Part shown: positions 58,263 to 64,000 of the stretch, piece after piece
How the letters are laid out: every line of letters starts with the position of its first letter
Position numbering within the stretch: the first letter of the stretch is position 1
From: a virus
Reading direction: 5' to 3' (one strand)
Virus record (IMG/VR): IMGVR_UViG_3300045988_127883
Coordinates: 1-64,000 of that record
DNA: 64,000 nucleotides
Position numbers and translations under genes: made by a program
Notes under the pieces: generated by a model
Database searches by the model: none
Told to the model about the DNA's origin: nothing
Seen by the model: the letters and a program-made list of their open reading frames with translations, nothing else

Positions 58263-61200
58263 TTATTCCCTATTTACACTATTCAACAACTTCATCAACT
58301 TGCCGTTTTTATTCAAAGACGTAGGCAAATTACCTCCTTCTTTTGCTGCCACCATATCCTTAATCTCTTCTGTTATGGCTGCCACAACAAAATCAACTAT
58401 TTTTTTCTGAGGCGCAACAGCAAGTTCTTTAGACACATTATCCGCAAACCATACATTAGGAGTATCAAACGAATCTATTAACTCAGGTTTACCATTCTCC
58501 ATAAGATAAAGCCTTGTCTCATATCCATAACCGTAACTTGTCTTAGGATCATAACCTTCAACCTTTACACCAAGCTTTCCACTGTTATCCAATATATCTT
58601 TAGCTGCATTAAGAAGCCAAACCTTTTGTTCTGGCATATCATCTAAATTATTACCAGATTCATTTATCATATCCGATAACACTTTCATCATTGAAGATAC
58701 AGAAGCATAAGCGGGTGATATATCTGAATTTTCAAGCATCTTCGGATACCACATATTGGTATCACTTCCAAATGTAGGTCTTATAATACCACTTTCATAT
58801 CCACCTATATCGACGGAAGGAGTATTAATACCAGGATCTATGCCATTATTTATCAACTCTGTTTCAGATACCTCAACAATATCTATTTCCTCTCTTTCAC
58901 CAGTATGATTAGCAACCAAACTGTAAGTCTTCTCTCCATTGTCGGCTATTCCCGATTCTGTCAAAGAAAATGATTCAATAGTTGCCGATGATGATTTCGA
59001 TTTACCAACAGGATGCTCTGCCATTTTCTTAGTAAATAGATCCCTGAGAACCCCCATCTCTCTATAACCAGCCTCCTTGGAGGTTAATTTGGTTGAATAC
59101 GTTACTGTGTTAGGTGAATACAGTTCGAGATATTCTTTACGTATCTCATTTATACCATCATCTTGAACCTTAGTTATTTGATCAGCTATATTAATATCAC
59201 TTACTGCATAGTTTCCAACGCCCTCCATTCCACTAATAGAATACAGTGCATTAAAAAACACCTTTTCTTCACCATCCGAGAAACTATTTTTTACATCATC
59301 GTATTTTTTTAAGAAATACCTGCCACTTTTGCTATCCCTCTCAAATACTTTAGATAAATCAATGCCATCATTTTTCACCCTCTTTCTTATAGTAGCTATA
59401 TCAGCAGGCGAGAATCCTTTTTCATAATATCTTACTCCAGATTCTACATCGCCGACTGTACCTCTATTTTTTCTTAAAATATCATTAAGGGATAACGCTG
59501 TAGCATAGGCTATATATTCTTCGGGTTTACCTCCTTCCTTCTGCGCGATCGCATTTGCTATTTCAGATACAATATTATCATAAATCTTATTCTCCTTCTT
59601 AATTCTATCATTCTCTATATCCATCTTGTCTACAGCGCTATTAAGCTGCATATAAGCATCTGTGGCAGCTTTTCTCTCTGCCATAGGTAGCTTATCAAAC
59701 ATATCATTAGAAAGACCTCCATTGTCCTTTATATACTTAAGAAGTTTTTCTTCATCCATAAGATACTTGTATCCTGATGTTTCATCCGTCATATTTCTTG
59801 ATATGGCAGCTTGAATATTTTTCATGTTTTCAGCACCAAGGGCCGTAGATAGTCTACTTCCGGATGTTACAAGATCTGTATATGCCTTATTAAACTTCTT
59901 ATGAGTTTCTTCTGATATGCTAATATTTTTAGTTTCGATAGGATTAGCTGAAATAGTTCCACCAGAGTTTGTGCCAACGCCCACCTGCATGGCTCGGCTT
60001 CCAGCTCTGCCGCCTGCCGCTCCTGCACCAGAGGACATAAGTTTTGCTATTCTGGCTTCATTAAGCCTATTCTGCATCTTCAGACGTTCTTCGTCTAATC
60101 CAAATCTGGCTTCATCCTTATTCTTACCATATTCAAACTCTGCAATATCCCTATTTCTTTCATATTCAAATTCTATCTTCCATTTTTCGAAATTCAAATT
60201 AGCTAATCTTTCCCTCTGATTATATTCTTTGGTTTTCCAGTAAAGCTCGTCGGCTTTGATTATGAAAGACGAATTATCATAAGCATATGAAGCAGCAGCA
60301 TTATTAATAAAATTATTTTCAATAACCTTCATCGCTCCAAGATACGGATCGTAAGTCCTTTCATCCATTCTGCTAAATTCAGATTTCATGGAAGCTATTT
60401 CAGATTTGGCTCTCTTTATTTCATTTTCAACCATTTCTTTCTTTGCAGGATCAGAACCCAAACCGGAAAGATCGGCAGTAAGAGCATCAACATACCTCTG
60501 CTTATCACTTATCTGCTTATTCATAAAACCAAGAACAGAATCATACGAATATAAAGAGGGATTAGAGTCTACCATGTAAATAGCCTCCACCTGCATCTGC
60601 TGCCTTGCTTTATCTGATAACCCTGACAATGCAAAAGAAGCTATCTGTTCAGGAGTAAGCATATCCTTAGTTACTTCTTGTACTGCCCCGGTAGGATGAC
60701 CATCCTTGTCAAGAATAGGAATCTGAACTTTAGCTCCTTTATGAAGCTTGCTTATAAAATCTATCCTATCTTTTAATTCCTTATTATAATCAGTATAAGG
60801 AGTATATTGAAGAGGAGCAAGACGGGAACCAGCCTTTCCATCATTCACCCATTCATTATACGGCTTTAAAGCCGCATAAGCATTCGCAGCAGAATAAAGT
60901 TCTGGATTATTTATTTGTAAATCAGATAGCATTTTATGCATTCTCCTGCCTTCTTTTGTGCCGGCAATCGCGTTAATGACCGTATCATCCAACACTGAAC
61001 TGATCTCTCCTTGTATGGCTCTCGTAACACCATCAGAAGAAAGATCCACGCCTTTGAATTTTTGATTGATGTTAGCAATCACACCTGACATCTTATCTTC
61101 CATATAAGCGCGGGCTTCAGGCTTATCTATCTCTTGACCCATAAGATAATCTACCTGGGTATAGATCTTTTCACGAGCAGCATCAACCTTCTGCTGTTTG

Positions 61201-61286
61201 TACATCATGACGTCCTTAACAAGATCTATGTTGTAAGGACTAACATATGGGGCATATTGCCTTAAAATACTATACTGTGAAGCCAC
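58263..61286 (-). CDS. Large structural-region protein (1007 aa).
   Basis: Intact ORF. Translationally coupled to both neighbours. Confidence 0.65.
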   Translation of the reverse strand: MASQYSILRQYAPYVSPYNIDLVKDVMMYKQQKVDAAREKIYTQVDYLMGQEIDKPEARAYMEDKMSGVIANINQKFKGVDLSSDGVTRAIQGEISSVLDDTVINAIAGTKEGRRMHKMLSDLQINNPELYSAANAYAALKPYNEWVNDGKAGSRLAPLQYTPYTDYNKELKDRIDFISKLHKGAKVQIPILDKDGHPTGAVQEVTKDMLTPEQIASFALSGLSDKARQQMQVEAIYMVDSNPSLYSYDSVLGFMNKQISDKQRYVDALTADLSGLGSDPAKKEMVENEIKRAKSEIASMKSEFSRMDERTYDPYLGAMKVIENNFINNAAASYAYDNSSFIIKADELYWKTKEYNQRERLANLNFEKWKIEFEYERNRDIAEFEYGKNKDEARFGLDEERLKMQNRLNEARIAKLMSSGAGAAGGRAGSRAMQVGVGTNSGGTISANPIETKNISISEETHKKFNKAYTDLVTSGSRLSTALGAENMKNIQAAISRNMTDETSGYKYLMDEEKLLKYIKDNGGLSNDMFDKLPMAERKAATDAYMQLNSAVDKMDIENDRIKKENKIYDNIVSEIANAIAQKEGGKPEEYIAYATALSLNDILRKNRGTVGDVESGVRYYEKGFSPADIATIRKRVKNDGIDLSKVFERDSKSGRYFLKKYDDVKNSFSDGEEKVFFNALYSISGMEGVGNYAVSDINIADQITKVQDDGINEIRKEYLELYSPNTVTYSTKLTSKEAGYREMGVLRDLFTKKMAEHPVGKSKSSSATIESFSLTESGIADNGEKTYSLVANHTGEREEIDIVEVSETELINNGIDPGINTPSVDIGGYESGIIRPTFGSDTNMWYPKMLENSDISPAYASVSSMMKVLSDMINESGNNLDDMPEQKVWLLNAAKDILDNSGKLGVKVEGYDPKTSYGYGYETRLYLMENGKPELIDSFDTPNVWFADNVSKELAVAPQKKIVDFVVAAITEEIKDMVAAKEGGNLPTSLNKNGKLMKLLNSVNRE

Positions 61287-63970
61287 TATTTGGTCCTCCT
61301 TCTTCTTTTAGTTTCATCATCTTCTTCATTTAAACTTCTCAAGTAAGGTGTAGAATAATCACCCATATTCATCACATCTTGATTACCTTGAACGTAAATA
61401 ATTTGACCACTTGGAAGCATTCTCATATTCGGAGCTATGGAAGCTATGGTATTCAACGATGTACGAACATTGAACTTATTCTGTATCTCACTGTTTATGC
61501 TGTCATAATAACGAGCAAGATTTTCATCCCTTATAGCCATAGCCTTCAATAATCCAGATTCATAACGTTGCCTTTCCGCTATGTTCTTATCGTCTGTCTG
61601 AACATAAGCCATTTCATTGAATCTATCAGCTTCGTTTATTTGCCTTGCGTTATTGAAATTTACTTCGTTAATGTACTTGGCTATATTGCTTCCGGCTATG
61701 GCGTTCATATTAGCCAGAATAGCAGAGCGCTGGGAGTCGGGCACGTCACCTACTGCGTCCAACTGAGCCGATGTCGCGCGGTTGAGCTCGTTGATATACT
61801 GATCAGCAGATTGAAGAACCGGGTCTATTCTCGGAGCCTGATGCCTTTCCAGACCTTCTATCTCCAAGCCTGTATCGAGCGTTCTCAGCATCTCCGGGAA
61901 AATAGGACCGAACGCCGCCGGTCTGCCCTGTCCTTTAGGTCCGTTGTCTTCAACCACCTCCTCTGTATCGGTGTCGGTTGCAGTCGTAGGCGTACTTGCT
62001 TTCGGTTTTACCTCTATCCTTCCAGGAGATCCAATCTTAGGAGGTGTAAGACCTGGTGCTATGGGACCGGCCTCAATAGGCTTCATTTCTGGTTTAACAG
62101 ACTCAAGAACGAAGTCTATTTCCGGCATTAACCCGCTATCTTTTAAAGCAACAAACTTATTATAATCGGAGCCCAGAATCTTCTTAGCGGCATCAGATTT
62201 ATCACCAAATAAGTCAACATAATTCTTTATCCCTTTTTCGTTTAACAATCTTTTTTGCTCTGCCGAAACAACGTCCAACCCATAATAAGAACGAGTAGCT
62301 GTTGTCTGACCAAACTTATCATCTACGGCAAATGAATTATAAGCCTGATTCCCTCCGTAGCTTCCGGCGTCCTGGCCCCAGAATCCGTATTCATCTCTGA
62401 ATTTCTTGGCTGCATCAGCATTCGTAATAGCGCCTACATCAGCTAACGCCCACAATGCATTTAATTGCCTGTTGTATCCTTTCTGGAAACCTTCTGTATC
62501 AAAATCACCATCCGTATTGTACTTGTTAGCCCATCGGTTTATGTCGAGCAAATTAGATACCGCCTTATCATTTACCCTGCCGTATCCTAAATTGCTTCTA
62601 TGTTGGAGATTCTGGTTGGCATTGACACTGGAATCAGGATTAAGAATCTGCTCACGACCACTAATATCAGATACAGTCATATTAAGAGTTCGTCCAAATA
62701 ACTGATTGATAAGCTTATTGTAGCCGATAGCATTCTTTCTAAGTTCCTCCAGCTCCTTCTGAGTAGGTCCACCTTCAGCCATTTTTCTGGTTTGCTTAAC
62801 ATACTCGTCATATATCCAGTTCTTAGCATCTGATTCTGCAATATTAAAAGCCTTAGCTTGTTTCTTTACCTGATTCAGATCAACAACCCCGCCATCCCTG
62901 AAAAAAGCATCCATCTTCTCGTTACGCTTAGATTCTTCCTGTTTGCCATAAACGATTTCAGCGAAAGAACGAAATTGTGCTTCAAGCTCGTCTATCTCTT
63001 TCTGGTTTTCATTGACGTACTTGGAAAGAATAGAAGCATTAAGATTAGATGTGTTTTTGTCTTTTACTTCTTCATTTTTCTCTAATCTCTTATATACACG
63101 CTCCTGATCTTCGTACTTATCAGACAAACCAATCTTCTTCTTATATCGATCAAGGAGTGTAGCGTATGTATCTTTTGACGTTGCCTTAATACCATAATTT
63201 TCTCTAACGTAAGAGGCAAACTCATCATCTATCTTACGATAATCGGAAACAATATAAGCCTCTGGCAAATCAACCGGAGTACCACCATTTTCATGTCTGT
63301 CCCCTTTGGCTTCCATAGGCCCTACGGAGTCAGGAGTCAGCACGTACTCGCCTTTCTCTATCTCTACATTCGCAGCATCTTCCATAGACTTGGGAAGAGG
63401 ATAAATATATTCTCCGGTCATATCAGACGTATCCATCTTCTGACCGTTACCTAAATTCACGCCACCACCTTCACGTTCCCACTTGATGAATTGCTGACGA
63501 CGCTCCTTGGCAAGTTTTTCCCTCGCTGCCTGCTCGTCTCTGCTGGCTGCATACGCAGCAGATGAAGCTCCCATGATATTACGGGTAAGACCTAATCCTA
63601 AGCTAACACCAGACAAGGCAGCTTGAGCCACATTAGCACCGACCTTATTACCGGCTCTTATCCGACCAAGACTTGTACCGAACATTTGAGCTCTGCCGGT
63701 TAGATCGGGTGAATAATATGGGGTAGTCATAGGATCCAGAGGATTACCATCTTGGGAACGTTTTTCTTTAGAGGAATCAGAATCAACACCACCTAAATTC
63801 ATTGCATTATCAACGACTGATTTCTCTACGTTTTTAACCATGCCCCTATTATCAGCGAGATATCCTGCATATCCTGCATCATGATTTTCAAAAAACGGAT
63901 CGGATGTAGGCATACTACTAAATGGATTTATCTCCCCCTCCTCTGTTTCTAAAGTCACATCAGAAGGCAT
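61286..63970 (-). CDS. Large structural-region protein (at least 894 aa). No stop lies between the annotated ATG and the window edge, so it may extend beyond 64000.
   Basis: ORF. The 30 nt upstream of the ATG at 63970 are open in frame to the window end. Confidence 0.6.
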   Translation of the reverse strand: MPSDVTLETEEGEINPFSSMPTSDPFFENHDAGYAGYLADNRGMVKNVEKSVVDNAMNLGGVDSDSSKEKRSQDGNPLDPMTTPYYSPDLTGRAQMFGTSLGRIRAGNKVGANVAQAALSGVSLGLGLTRNIMGASSAAYAASRDEQAAREKLAKERRQQFIKWEREGGGVNLGNGQKMDTSDMTGEYIYPLPKSMEDAANVEIEKGEYVLTPDSVGPMEAKGDRHENGGTPVDLPEAYIVSDYRKIDDEFASYVRENYGIKATSKDTYATLLDRYKKKIGLSDKYEDQERVYKRLEKNEEVKDKNTSNLNASILSKYVNENQKEIDELEAQFRSFAEIVYGKQEESKRNEKMDAFFRDGGVVDLNQVKKQAKAFNIAESDAKNWIYDEYVKQTRKMAEGGPTQKELEELRKNAIGYNKLINQLFGRTLNMTVSDISGREQILNPDSSVNANQNLQHRSNLGYGRVNDKAVSNLLDINRWANKYNTDGDFDTEGFQKGYNRQLNALWALADVGAITNADAAKKFRDEYGFWGQDAGSYGGNQAYNSFAVDDKFGQTTATRSYYGLDVVSAEQKRLLNEKGIKNYVDLFGDKSDAAKKILGSDYNKFVALKDSGLMPEIDFVLESVKPEMKPIEAGPIAPGLTPPKIGSPGRIEVKPKASTPTTATDTDTEEVVEDNGPKGQGRPAAFGPIFPEMLRTLDTGLEIEGLERHQAPRIDPVLQSADQYINELNRATSAQLDAVGDVPDSQRSAILANMNAIAGSNIAKYINEVNFNNARQINEADRFNEMAYVQTDDKNIAERQRYESGLLKAMAIRDENLARYYDSINSEIQNKFNVRTSLNTIASIAPNMRMLPSGQIIYVQGNQDVMNMGDYSTPYLRSLNEEDDETKRRRRTK

Positions 63971-64000
63971 ATATATATTCTGAATATCAGATTCACCCCA

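Overview
This 64-kb window looks like part of a large, AT-rich tailed-phage genome, possibly a prophage. The left ~36 kb is a tightly packed plus-strand block of small early and replication genes. These include a Dam-like N6-adenine methyltransferase, a P-loop ATPase, a zinc-ribbon/TOPRIM primase-like protein, a DnaB-like helicase, an SF2 DExH helicase, a Cas4-like PD-(D/E)xK nuclease, and a cluster encoding an ACP-like protein, an NfeD-like protein and a flotillin-like SPFH protein. The right ~28 kb is a minus-strand block dominated by giant structural ORFs of 2140, 2238, 1007, 894+ and 752 aa. Strong Shine-Dalgarno motifs (aaggagg) are frequent.

The most striking content is an OMEGA-type RNA-guided nuclease system. 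There are three diverged but catalytically intact IscB genes, with a PLMP-like N-terminus, RuvC-I/II/III motifs, a zinc-bound HNH domain and a TAM-interacting C-terminal domain. Each is preceded by a conserved, structured HEARO/omega-RNA-like element of about 240 nt whose stems covary between copies. A fourth, orphan omega-RNA-like element has no IscB ORF. A degraded TnpB (RuvC-type) remnant lies on the minus strand.

Other notable items:
- a G9 homopolymer that sets the reading frame of a late minus-strand gene whose paralog carries an in-frame stop
- a C5-cytosine methyltransferase deletion remnant
- a family of intergenic large-loop hairpins
- a 20-nt iteron array at the window start

No rRNA, convincing tRNA or CRISPR array was found.
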